A stretch of 64,000 bases of DNA, taken from contig JAHPZA010000010.1 in assembly GCA_019058445.1 (NCBI GenBank), positions 320,001 to 384,000 of the forward strand, in the 5' to 3' direction. The DNA comes from Promethearchaeota archaeon. GTDB lineage: Archaea; Asgardarchaeota; Lokiarchaeia; Sigyniarchaeales; SOKP01. A model generated the notes under the pieces. That model saw only the letters and a list, made by a program, of their open reading frames with translations, searched no databases and was not told the DNA's origin. Positions 20,171-29,696 of the stretch are shown in pieces. Each line of letters opens with the position of its first letter. The first letter of the stretch is position 1. The position numbers were made by a program, and so were the translations under genes.

Positions 20171-21406
20171 ATGCTTCAAAGAATTTTAAATAAAATGTTA
20201 ATGCATGTTAAGATTTTCAAATTAGCAAAAGTTTTAAAAATTAACCCTCGATTTTTTTTCGATTTAATAATATTTCATCTTTCTAAGTTATTTAGAGGAA
20301 ATGTAGATGATAAATTGATTGTTCTGGGGGGGGCAAGCGGGAAAGCATTTATGGGCAATACTAAATACTTGTATTATTATTTAAGAGATAATACAGATTA
20401 TAAAATACTTTACTATGTAAAATCTTATGAATTAAAACAAAAGTTAGAGAGGAATGGAATAAACACTATTTACGCATATAGTTTGGAAGCAATTAAAATT
20501 TTAAGAAAAGCGAGAGCTGTTTTTGTAACTCATGGCTATATTGATGTACTTCCTATAAAATTTTCATCTAGAACTATATTTGTTCAAACATGGCATGGAG
20601 CAGATATTAAAATTCTAAATTCCTCTCCCTATTTTAATAAGTATATCTATTCTAAATGGACAAAAATATTTAGATTAAAACTTCGAAATCATGAATTATA
20701 TGATTATGTTTTAAATCCTTCAGGAGAGAAAAAACCATTACAAATTTTATCTAATGCATTTAAATATCCAATTGAAAGAATTATTACAACAGGTTATCCA
20801 AGAAATGATATTTTTTTTTCAAAAGATCCCTACTTATCCCAGAAACTAAAAAAAAAATATGGAATTTCGAACAGTATCAAGACCATAGTATTATATGCAC
20901 CAACTTTTAGAGAGAAATTTTCTACAAAAAATCCCTTTTCTATGGAAGCTCAACATAAATTAAACGAGTTAGGTAAAAAATTAAAAACGATTTTTTTAAT
21001 GAAAACACATATAAGCGAAAGTCTGATTAAAATAGAAGAATCATCAAATATTAAATCAATCAGGAAAGATGATGACATCCAAGAGCTTTTATTTATTACT
21101 GATTTATTGATAACAGATTATTCGTCAGTATTTTGCGACTTTTTATTATTAAATAGACCGATTATATTATATGTTTATGATTATGAAGAATATATCAATA
21201 ACCGCGGAATTTATTATGATTCATTAGAAGACATAACTCCGGGACCAATTTTTTATTCTTCAGAAGACTTGTTAAATGCTATTGAAAATATTGAGGAATA
21301 TTATCAAAAATATGAATCAAAGCATGAAAAAATAAAAAAATATTTTAATAAATATAAGGATGGAAAATCTTCAGAAAGATTATTAAGGTTTTTAAAGCTA
21401 ATTTGA
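20171..21406 (+). CDS. TagF/TagB-like phosphotransferase, close paralog of 13535..14773
   Basis: Same motifs (FVTHG, QTWHG, GYPRND, YAPTFR, ITDYSS); shared FRGNVDDKLI and DGKSSERLLRFLKLI. Confidence 0.9.
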   Translation: MLQRILNKMLMHVKIFKLAKVLKINPRFFFDLIIFHLSKLFRGNVDDKLIVLGGASGKAFMGNTKYLYYYLRDNTDYKILYYVKSYELKQKLERNGINTIYAYSLEAIKILRKARAVFVTHGYIDVLPIKFSSRTIFVQTWHGADIKILNSSPYFNKYIYSKWTKIFRLKLRNHELYDYVLNPSGEKKPLQILSNAFKYPIERIITTGYPRNDIFFSKDPYLSQKLKKKYGISNSIKTIVLYAPTFREKFSTKNPFSMEAQHKLNELGKKLKTIFLMKTHISESLIKIEESSNIKSIRKDDDIQELLFITDLLITDYSSVFCDFLLLNRPIILYVYDYEEYINNRGIYYDSLEDITPGPIFYSSEDLLNAIENIEEYYQKYESKHEKIKKYFNKYKDGKSSERLLRFLKLI

Positions 21407-21518
21407 ATTAAAAATTTAAATTCAAATTAAATTAATTACTTTAAGAAGTAAGAATTATTGAAAAAACTAATATTACTAAACGTATTTACTAGAAAAAATA
21501 GTGTGAATCATAAAAAGG

Positions 21519-22658
21519 GTGCAGTTTATCAAAAATTTTATTAAGAGTTTCTGTAATATTTTCAATAGAAATATTTACCGGGGATTTACATTAATTAAAA
21601 GATTAACAGGTCGTAAATTCAACGCTGAGTTTTATGCTGATAAAATTACGATGAGGATTAATAGATTATTGCGAAATGAGTATATTCCAAATCCAAAAGA
21701 ACATTTATATGTGGAAGTTACAAATATATGTAATTTAAGATGCAGATTTTGTGCGTATAGCAAAGCTATTAATAAAAAAGTAATAATGTCTAATGAAATG
21801 TTTTATAATATAATAAATAATGCAACTAATTTTGGATATGACAAATTTGGATTAACTCCTATTACGGGTGAAGTTTTTATTGATAAAAATTTCATTAAAA
21901 AATTAAAATTTTTAGAAGACCATCCAAAAGTTAAAAGCTATAGCTTTTTTTCAAATTTTACACTTGCTGATGCAGAAATTATTAATTTTTTAATTAACGC
22001 GAAAAAGTTAAATGAATTATATATTAGTCTTTATGGACATGATTATGAATCATTTTCAAAATTTACGGGGGGGAATAAAAAAACATACCAAAAGCTATTA
22101 TCTAATCTAAGATATTTATGTGAACATAGCAATAACATACTTTTTAATCTAAGCTTTGGATTGAGAACATACATCTCTTTTGAGTCATTAACAAAATGCA
22201 ATAGTGATTTATGCCATACTGTCAAAGCAATTTTAAAAAATCCAAAAAGTAAAATCACAATAAATAAAGCCTATTATAATTGGGGCGGTTATATTACACA
22301 AAATGATGTAAAAGGGCTTGATATCATCATTAATGATCCTTCCAATTACTATAAATATGGTGCGTGTTCTTTAATTTTCTATAAAAATCAAGTTATGGCA
22401 GACGGCAGAGTTAACGCATGTGCTTGTAGAGATGTAAATGCTACCCTTCAGATTGGTGATTTAAAAAGACAAACTTTTGAAGAAATATATACATCTCAAA
22501 ATGTCAAGTATAGTAACATTGTTAAAAGCCACCAAAAGGGTGATTTCAATCCAGTATGCCAAAGCTGTGACTTTTACAGAAGTATCTATAAGAATTATAG
22601 AGTTTATAGGAAATATAAAAAAAACCCATTTACACTCAAAAAATTCTTCCAGAAGTAA
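21519..22658 (+). CDS. Radical SAM enzyme with SPASM/Twitch domain
   Basis: CNLRCRFC (CxxxCxxC), GE, C-terminal C...DGRVNACAC...GDL...CQSC. Confidence 0.88.
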   Translation: MQFIKNFIKSFCNIFNRNIYRGFTLIKRLTGRKFNAEFYADKITMRINRLLRNEYIPNPKEHLYVEVTNICNLRCRFCAYSKAINKKVIMSNEMFYNIINNATNFGYDKFGLTPITGEVFIDKNFIKKLKFLEDHPKVKSYSFFSNFTLADAEIINFLINAKKLNELYISLYGHDYESFSKFTGGNKKTYQKLLSNLRYLCEHSNNILFNLSFGLRTYISFESLTKCNSDLCHTVKAILKNPKSKITINKAYYNWGGYITQNDVKGLDIIINDPSNYYKYGACSLIFYKNQVMADGRVNACACRDVNATLQIGDLKRQTFEEIYTSQNVKYSNIVKSHQKGDFNPVCQSCDFYRSIYKNYRVYRKYKKNPFTLKKFFQK

Positions 22659-22759
22659 GTAAATAATCAGGTTAATTTATGATCATTGTTTAATTTAATC
22701 TACAATCAATTAAGAATAAAGTTCTAAATTTAATTTAAATTTAAATACTTATTAATAAA

Positions 22760-23557
22760 TTGAATTTTTTAATATTAGGAATGATTATTAAGATTATTAT
22801 TAGAGTCGATGATATCTGTGATCAATATGATTTTTATAATCTAAGAGACTGGTTCATAGAGAAGTTTCCTAAAATACCTATTTCATTTTATGCGATGGAT
22901 ACTCAATATCCTTATAGATGGGGAAAGAGAGCATGGAATCAAATTAAAAATGCAGTTATTAATTTTAATTGGGAGATAGGAGGTCATACAAGAAATCATT
23001 ATCATTTACCAGATTTATCTCAAACAATACTTTTTAATGAGATCGTGGGAAATATTGAAGATATTGAGAAAGGACTACAATCTGTAAAGTTAGAATATCA
23101 AATTACTAGTTTTGCATATCCCTATGGTGAATTCGATGAAAGAGTAAAAAAAATTCTCAAAGAATATGGAGTAAATTATGGATTAACCTATGATCCTAGC
23201 AAAAATTATAAAACTCAAATAACACTACCAACAGATAATTTTTATGAGATCGGAATAAGCTGCAATGCCACAAACTCTCTTGATGATTGGAATTTAAGAT
23301 TTAAAGAAGTATATGAAAGTGGTGATTGTTATATTTTATGTTTGCATACCTCTCATTGGATAAGAGGTAGCAATAGAGAAAATTTGAAAAGAATTTTTAA
23401 ATCAAGATCCTATAAAGAATTATATTGGGCAATAAAACGCTTTTGTATATTTATATTTAAAAAAAATTCATTGGAAATGTGGGATAAATTAAAGCAACAT
23501 TTAGAATTTATTTTGAAACATCAACATATTCAATTTATTACCTTTAAAGATTTATAA
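22760..23557 (+). CDS. Polysaccharide deacetylase (CE4/NodB)
   Basis: RVDD, WEIGGHTRNH (HxxxH), FAYPYG, LCLH. Confidence 0.88.
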   Translation: MNFLILGMIIKIIIRVDDICDQYDFYNLRDWFIEKFPKIPISFYAMDTQYPYRWGKRAWNQIKNAVINFNWEIGGHTRNHYHLPDLSQTILFNEIVGNIEDIEKGLQSVKLEYQITSFAYPYGEFDERVKKILKEYGVNYGLTYDPSKNYKTQITLPTDNFYEIGISCNATNSLDDWNLRFKEVYESGDCYILCLHTSHWIRGSNRENLKRIFKSRSYKELYWAIKRFCIFIFKKNSLEMWDKLKQHLEFILKHQHIQFITFKDL

Positions 23558-23647
23558 GAATAATTTTTTTAAGACAATCCCTTGAAAATATTAAAAATTT
23601 AACAAGATAATTTATTTATTATAATATAGAAAAAAATAAATGATTAA

Positions 23648-24679
23648 ATGAAAATTTTATTTGTTGGGGTCTTTAAGGAACCTTGGTCAACACATCATCC
23701 TATTGTAAAGGAATTCAAAAGGAAAAATCATGAAGTTATAAAATTTGATTTCCGCCAATTATCTTTAAAAAATATGCGAATTACTTTTCCTTTCTACAGG
23801 AATTTCTTAAAAGAGAAGTTTGAAAAATTCATTAGATATAGGCCCTACTTGCCTGAAAAAATCAGGAATCTAAAATTTTACTTATTTGGTAATTGGCTGA
23901 TGAATAGACAGCTTTTATATTTAATTAAGAAAAATTCATTCGATTTAGTGTTCCTTGCTAAATGCGATACTATAAATTACAATCTAATAAAGAAATTTAA
24001 CAAATACACAAAAACCTGGTTTTACTTCATGGATCCTCTTTATATTTCTTATGAAATGAGAGCTTATAAATATGCTCAGGAGAGTTCATGGAGTAGCGCG
24101 AGTACAATGGTTAACAATTTATGGTTTAAAAAAAATGGTGCAAATAGCTATTATATAACTCAAGGAGTTAATCTCGCAGTGTTTAATAATAGAGAAAGAA
24201 AACCTAATCATGAAATAGATGTTATTTTTGCTGGAACAAACACAATAAAGCGAAAGAACTATATTGAATACTTATTAAAAAATAATATTAATATTCGATG
24301 TTATGGAGAAGGATGGGATAATGGTCCTATTTATTTGGAGAAACTAGCTAAGGAATATAAAAATTCAAAAATTATTTTGAATTTCCATAAAGAAGATTCG
24401 GGATTCTCTATTAGAATTTTTCAGGCACTTGCTACACAATCATTTGTATTAAGTGAATATTGCTCAGATTTAGAGAGAATTTTTAAAAAGGGAGTTCATT
24501 TAGACTGGTTCAAAACTCCGGAAGAATGTGTGGTATTAATTAAAAAATATTTAGATAATCAAGAAAGCAGAGAAAAAATAGCTCAAGAGGGTTATATTTT
24601 TGTCTCTAAATATTATTCCTGGAAAAATATAATTGAGAAAATAATGCAAATTGTTGAAGTTCCAAAAAATAAGATATAA
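23648..24679 (+). CDS. CgeB-like glycosyltransferase (Glyco_trans_1_2)
   Basis: DVIFAGT..KR, YGEGW, SKIILNF, SIRIFQALA, YSW. Confidence 0.82.
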   Translation: MKILFVGVFKEPWSTHHPIVKEFKRKNHEVIKFDFRQLSLKNMRITFPFYRNFLKEKFEKFIRYRPYLPEKIRNLKFYLFGNWLMNRQLLYLIKKNSFDLVFLAKCDTINYNLIKKFNKYTKTWFYFMDPLYISYEMRAYKYAQESSWSSASTMVNNLWFKKNGANSYYITQGVNLAVFNNRERKPNHEIDVIFAGTNTIKRKNYIEYLLKNNINIRCYGEGWDNGPIYLEKLAKEYKNSKIILNFHKEDSGFSIRIFQALATQSFVLSEYCSDLERIFKKGVHLDWFKTPEECVVLIKKYLDNQESREKIAQEGYIFVSKYYSWKNIIEKIMQIVEVPKNKI

Positions 24680-24787
24680 AATAGAAATGAAAAAAAAATC
24701 CATCATTATTTAAAACTTCATATAATAAAAAACAGACATAAAATATTGCTTTTTGTAGGAAATAAGGATAAGTATTAGAATTTGTAT

Positions 24788-25711
24788 TCAAATTTTTGAG
24801 AGTTCTATAAAAATATCACCCAAAGTAGGTTCTACTTCTTGAATTTTCGTAATAGGATAAGTAGATAGAAGATGTAAAAGATCTGGATAATTATTTTTTG
24901 AATTCATATGAATAATACCCCCACGCTTCTCATCAAGAAATTCAATTATATAATCCAATGTGCTCAATTCTTGTTTTAATTTATTCAAATGCTCAAGAGG
25001 TAACTCTATACGAATATAAATAGTTTCCCTCATGAGTTTTTGAAAGTTTTCTTGAGTATCTACTTTTATAACATTTCCCTTATTTAAAAATGCCACACGA
25101 TCGCATACTTGTTGTATTACATGCATTTGGTGTGAGGTAATTAAAATCGTTTGATTTAAATCTAATAAAATATCAATCATTTGCTTAATTGTATTAGGAT
25201 CCAATCCCAACAAAGGTTCATCCAAAAATAAAATCTCAGGTTCAATTAACAAAACTCTACATAACGCTAACTTTAATTTCATTCCCCGAGAATACTTCTC
25301 AACATATTCTTCCAACCAATTTTCTATACCAAAAATAGTTGCAAGTTCTACAATTTTTTTATTAAAATTCTTAATGTTATAGATTCTAGCAAAAAATTTT
25401 AGATTATCCTTACCTGTCAATCTATAGTATATTATTTCGTGACCTAACATCAAACCTAATTTGTTTTTAATCTTATTTGCCTGTTTTAATACATTATAAC
25501 CTAAAATTTCAGCGTAACCGCTCGTCGGTTGTAATAGGGTTGTTAATATTTCTACTAAAGTTGTTTTACCTGCACCATTCGGTCCTAATAAACCAAAAAT
25601 CTCTCCCTCTTTAATCGAAATATTAACCTTATTCAGAGCTTGAACATATCCTCCTTTTTTCAACTTATATTTCTTCGATAGATCAAAAGTTTGAATTGCG
25701 AAGTCACTCAT
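24788..25711 (-). CDS. ABC-2 exporter ATP-binding protein (DrrA/NodI-like)
   Basis: GPNGAGKT, YSRGMK signature, LFLDEPLLGLD, TSH, C-terminal EPTLGDIF. Confidence 0.93.
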   Translation of the reverse strand: MSDFAIQTFDLSKKYKLKKGGYVQALNKVNISIKEGEIFGLLGPNGAGKTTLVEILTTLLQPTSGYAEILGYNVLKQANKIKNKLGLMLGHEIIYYRLTGKDNLKFFARIYNIKNFNKKIVELATIFGIENWLEEYVEKYSRGMKLKLALCRVLLIEPEILFLDEPLLGLDPNTIKQMIDILLDLNQTILITSHQMHVIQQVCDRVAFLNKGNVIKVDTQENFQKLMRETIYIRIELPLEHLNKLKQELSTLDYIIEFLDEKRGGIIHMNSKNNYPDLLHLLSTYPITKIQEVEPTLGDIFIELSKI

Positions 25712-25712
25712 T

Positions 25713-26567
25713 TTAATACCCCGTTATACCATATCGATTATAAATTCTCTCAAATGAACATAGAGCTATTATAGGAATTCCAATCGCCATCGTAAATAAC
25801 ACAAAATAATGTTGCCAAGAAATATATTTATACGCGTCAATTGGATCAATTCCCGCCCACCAGCTTAATTTTAATAGATCGAAAATATAATAAAAAGGAT
25901 TTAGTCTTATAAAAAATTGTAATATCCTTGGAAACAGTTTCAATGGATAGGTAACACAACTTAACCAAGATATAAATTTAGCTGAATACGATAATAAATT
26001 TGAGATATCTTCATTAACTATGTCAATAACACCAATAAGAACACCAATTCCCATGAATATAATAATAATCGCTAAAAATATTGAGCAAAAGTGTAGTAAA
26101 GAAATTAAAGGAATTGGAAATAATATATAACAAATCATAATAAAGATCGCTACTGTGGGGATAATGATAATCAATTCAGTTATCAATAACCCAACAATTA
26201 AATTGAATCTATTAAAGGGGGCTATTATTAATCCTTTTAAAGTTTGCCATATTTTTTCCCTTCGGAATGTTTCTTTATATAAGTCTAATATTCCAAACAT
26301 ATAATTTATACAATAAGCTATTAAGAGAAATAGCAAGAAATTATATTCGGTATAATAATCAAAGTAAAAAGCTTCAGAAAGAGAAAATATTTTTGCTAAA
26401 ATAATATAAGGAATGAAAATACTTACTAACGGTTTGATATATCGAAGTGCAAACTTGAATCCATATCTTAAATGTAATTTAAGCTCTTTTTCAGAAATAG
26501 CTAAAATTTGTTTAATATTAAGTTTAAGATCATTAGCTTTAAACATCACTATCAAGAAGAATGTCAA
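25713..26567 (-). CDS. ABC-2 type permease
   Basis: About 6 TM helices, EKIWQTL, YPL..FP, NPFYY, C-terminal YGITGY. Confidence 0.85.
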   Translation of the reverse strand: MTFFLIVMFKANDLKLNIKQILAISEKELKLHLRYGFKFALRYIKPLVSIFIPYIILAKIFSLSEAFYFDYYTEYNFLLFLLIAYCINYMFGILDLYKETFRREKIWQTLKGLIIAPFNRFNLIVGLLITELIIIIPTVAIFIMICYILFPIPLISLLHFCSIFLAIIIIFMGIGVLIGVIDIVNEDISNLLSYSAKFISWLSCVTYPLKLFPRILQFFIRLNPFYYIFDLLKLSWWAGIDPIDAYKYISWQHYFVLFTMAIGIPIIALCSFERIYNRYGITGY

Positions 26568-26681
26568 ATTTTATATAAACTTTAGGAAATCTGCAGAATT
26601 TCATACATGTTAGAACTCCTCTCTAAAAATTACTATTATATGAAAAAATTTTTAAACTTTAAAACATTTTAATGAAAAAGA

Positions 26682-27509
26682 ATGATTTTTGATCGATTAA
26701 TTAATAATTTCCAACAAACATATGCTATAGTCATTAAAAGTATTAAACTGAAATTAAGATTCAAGACGAAACTTTTTCTTAAATTAATTAGTCCCATTTG
26801 GTCTTTTGTTATGCCTTTAATAGTCTTAGGAAAAATATTTGAAATAACAAGTGGTAAATCTCTTGGGATATGGACTAGTGAAACATTATTATTTTTTATT
26901 CTGACAGGATTCTGTATTGGGCTTGCTGCTAGTTTAATCCACGAATATTATAAAATGTTGCGCGATGAAAAATACTGGAAAACACTCCCAGCAATTCTAC
27001 TCTCCCCATTTAATAGATATAACTTTTTAATGGCAGTTTTTATTGAAGAAATCATTTACTTCGCAGTTCCTATAATGATTGTATTTATAATTCTTCTATT
27101 TATTTATCCTACATCGATTATTTCTTTTTTGGTTGCTTTCTTAATTTTCTTTGCAGGATGTATCTTACTAGCTTCTTTAGGTTTAATCATAGGATCTTTC
27201 AGTCTTTCAGCAGAAAGTGCTATGACGTGGGTTGCCTTCTTAGTCCATTTTATACTAATGTTTAGTTGTTACAACTATCCACGAGAGATGTTTCCACCAG
27301 CTATAACTTTCTTTATTATAATTAATCCGTTTTACTACTATTGGGACTTGATGCGAATTGTATGGTTATTTGGTATCGAGTTTGTCTTATTCAATCCAGC
27401 TTATTTGGTTCACTTTATTATAATCATTGTCTTTTCTACTCTTTTCCCTATTATGAGTGTATATTTCTTTAACTATTTCTATAAAAAATATGGTATAGCG
27501 GGATATTAA
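26682..27509 (+). CDS. ABC-2 type permease (divergent partner)
   Basis: EKYWKTL, YPREMFP, NPFYYYWD, C-terminal YGIAGY. Confidence 0.85.
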   Translation: MIFDRLINNFQQTYAIVIKSIKLKLRFKTKLFLKLISPIWSFVMPLIVLGKIFEITSGKSLGIWTSETLLFFILTGFCIGLAASLIHEYYKMLRDEKYWKTLPAILLSPFNRYNFLMAVFIEEIIYFAVPIMIVFIILLFIYPTSIISFLVAFLIFFAGCILLASLGLIIGSFSLSAESAMTWVAFLVHFILMFSCYNYPREMFPPAITFFIIINPFYYYWDLMRIVWLFGIEFVLFNPAYLVHFIIIIVFSTLFPIMSVYFFNYFYKKYGIAGY

Positions 27510-28651
27510 TGATTCAAGTAGATTGTATATATTATGAAGGAGAAATTCCTTGTAAGTTTCATAAAAAATATCAAGTAGAATGTAATGAGTATTGCCAATA
27601 CTATAAAAAAATAGGAAAAAGAATTTTATTAATTAAGAAAGATGCACTCGGAGATGTTCTAAGAACAACTCCAATATTACATTCAATTAAAGAAAAATAT
27701 GGTGAGGATACTCATATCACTTGGTTGACGGCCCCGAATGCTGTATCTCTTTTAGAGAATAATATATTTATCCAAAAAGTGTACCAATTTGATTTTAAAT
27801 CAGTTTTACTGTTAGAAATTGAAGAATTTGATATTTTATTTAACTTAGATAAGGATAAACCCGCATTAGCATTAGCAAAAAAAGTGAAAGCAAAAGAAAA
27901 ATATGGTTTTACTTTAACTAAAATGGGAAATCTCACTACTTTTGATAAAAATGAGCAATATGCTCATAGATTGGGTATTTCTGATAAATTAAAAAAAAAG
28001 AACATTAAGTCTTATCAAGAAATAATTACCGATCTCTTAAAGTTGCCATACTCAAAAGAATATAAATATATTCTAAATATACCTCAAAAAGAAGAAATGA
28101 TTGAGTTTCTTTGTGAAAGGTATAATATAAATAGAAATTCTAAAATAATTGGGTATGTAACTGGAGCAGGTCCAAAATTTTTAACAAAAATATGGCCTAA
28201 AGATAATTTTATTGAACTTGGTTTGAGTTTAATAAAAAGTAAAAATTATACAGTCTTATTATTTGGAGCTGAGTCGGAAAGAGAGCTTAATCAAGAGATT
28301 TTCAACATATTTCAATCAAAATTAAATTCTTCATTAAAAACTAAAATAATTGATACTTGTTGTAATAATACTCTCTTAGAGTATGCAGCATTAATATCTT
28401 TATGTAATTTAATTATTACGGGCGATACCTTAGGACTTCATTTAGCGATTTCATTACAGATTCCCTCAATCTCTTTTTATGGACCAACTAGCGCTAGTGA
28501 AATTGATTTATATGAAACAGGTATTAAAATAATCGCTGATTCAGAATGTCTTTTATGTTATAAAAAAAACTGTGACAGAGAAGACTTTTGCTTATCAAGT
28601 ATCAAACCTGAAGAAGTATACAAAAAAATTTTGAAATTGCTTAAAGAATAG
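27509..28651 (+). CDS. GT9 (heptosyltransferase-like) glycosyltransferase
   Basis: ALGDVLRTTP, KIWP, GDTLGLHLA, FYGPT, CxxC...C...C tail, Cys-rich N-terminus. Confidence 0.88.
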   Translation: MIQVDCIYYEGEIPCKFHKKYQVECNEYCQYYKKIGKRILLIKKDALGDVLRTTPILHSIKEKYGEDTHITWLTAPNAVSLLENNIFIQKVYQFDFKSVLLLEIEEFDILFNLDKDKPALALAKKVKAKEKYGFTLTKMGNLTTFDKNEQYAHRLGISDKLKKKNIKSYQEIITDLLKLPYSKEYKYILNIPQKEEMIEFLCERYNINRNSKIIGYVTGAGPKFLTKIWPKDNFIELGLSLIKSKNYTVLLFGAESERELNQEIFNIFQSKLNSSLKTKIIDTCCNNTLLEYAALISLCNLIITGDTLGLHLAISLQIPSISFYGPTSASEIDLYETGIKIIADSECLLCYKKNCDREDFCLSSIKPEEVYKKILKLLKE

Positions 28652-28666
28652 GACTATAAAAAGTAA

Positions 28667-29602
28667 CTAAAATGAGTAATCTTTCATATATTCAGTAAAT
28701 TCTTTCTTTTTCATATAATCTTCAATAAGGTCCAAATCATCTTTTGTCCAATTTTCCTCATATCTGCGTTTATGCGGTTTTGTATTTATTATTGCATCAC
28801 AAACTTCAAGGTAATCTAATGGGACCTCAACTCCTAAAAAAGAGCATATTTCCTTTAATATACTCTTAGGATTTTCAAGAAGAGACTCGTGTTTATAAAA
28901 ATATGTTTGATCTTTATCCAATTTATTTCTAATCAGATGGAAAACTTTAATATTACAAAAATATCTTTTTATTACAGAGTTCATGGATAATTTATGTTTC
29001 AATACACTATACATAGCTGAAATATTATCATACGGGTTTCGTAGAACACATATGATTTTTAGATTTTTTTTTAATATCTCTACTATTTTTAGGAATAATT
29101 TAGGTTCGAATCTTATAAATTGAATGTTTCCCTCTCCTTGTTTATCGCCAATTATTGTTAGCTTATCATAATTCCCAGCGAATTTATATGGGATATTATA
29201 GTTATATCCTGTTTGAAATCTACTTTTGCGTTCACTTAATTTTCGAGAATTCGATAATATCATACTATAAATGCGTTTATAATCAAAATTGAGATATTCG
29301 AAATAATGCAGAACATTTAACTCATGAGAAACAACAATATTTGGATGTGCATCTAAGATAGATCCAATCAGACTATGCCCACTTCTTGGATTACACATAA
29401 ATAAAAGGAAATATTTAATATCGTCAAATATAGTATTTTCATATTTCTTACCACCATCAGAGAAATCAAATAAGTATTTTAGCTTCGCTTTTAAACGGGG
29501 CTGAGAATCATTCCCCAACAGAAAGGAAATATACTTTTTTAAGGTACCCAAAAAATTGGTCTTTAATTCACTAACAATTCTTTTGCGATCTCTTATTAAC
29601 AT
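28667..29602 (-). CDS. Sulfotransferase-family protein
   Basis: PRSGHSLIGSILDAHP, GDK, LRNPYDNISA, ICSFLGV; possible upstream ATA start at 29662. Confidence 0.8.
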   Translation of the reverse strand: MLIRDRKRIVSELKTNFLGTLKKYISFLLGNDSQPRLKAKLKYLFDFSDGGKKYENTIFDDIKYFLLFMCNPRSGHSLIGSILDAHPNIVVSHELNVLHYFEYLNFDYKRIYSMILSNSRKLSERKSRFQTGYNYNIPYKFAGNYDKLTIIGDKQGEGNIQFIRFEPKLFLKIVEILKKNLKIICVLRNPYDNISAMYSVLKHKLSMNSVIKRYFCNIKVFHLIRNKLDKDQTYFYKHESLLENPKSILKEICSFLGVEVPLDYLEVCDAIINTKPHKRRYEENWTKDDLDLIEDYMKKKEFTEYMKDYSF

Positions 29603-29696
29603 CCCACCAATGAATCTTTTTGATACTAGAAATTTAGTCTTTAAGTATTTTCTATCTAATATTATCTATCACCTCTATTTTAATGATACAACTGTT

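Noticed and set aside
7183-21406. Canonical wall teichoic acid locus
   Set aside because: No tagA/tagD/tagO/LCP genes in the window and flanking genes look archaeal
15232-22658. Methylphosphonate or phosphonate-antibiotic pathway
   Set aside because: No MpnS/HEPD cupin, aldehyde reductase, NRPS or ATP-grasp gene seen; context is surface glycan
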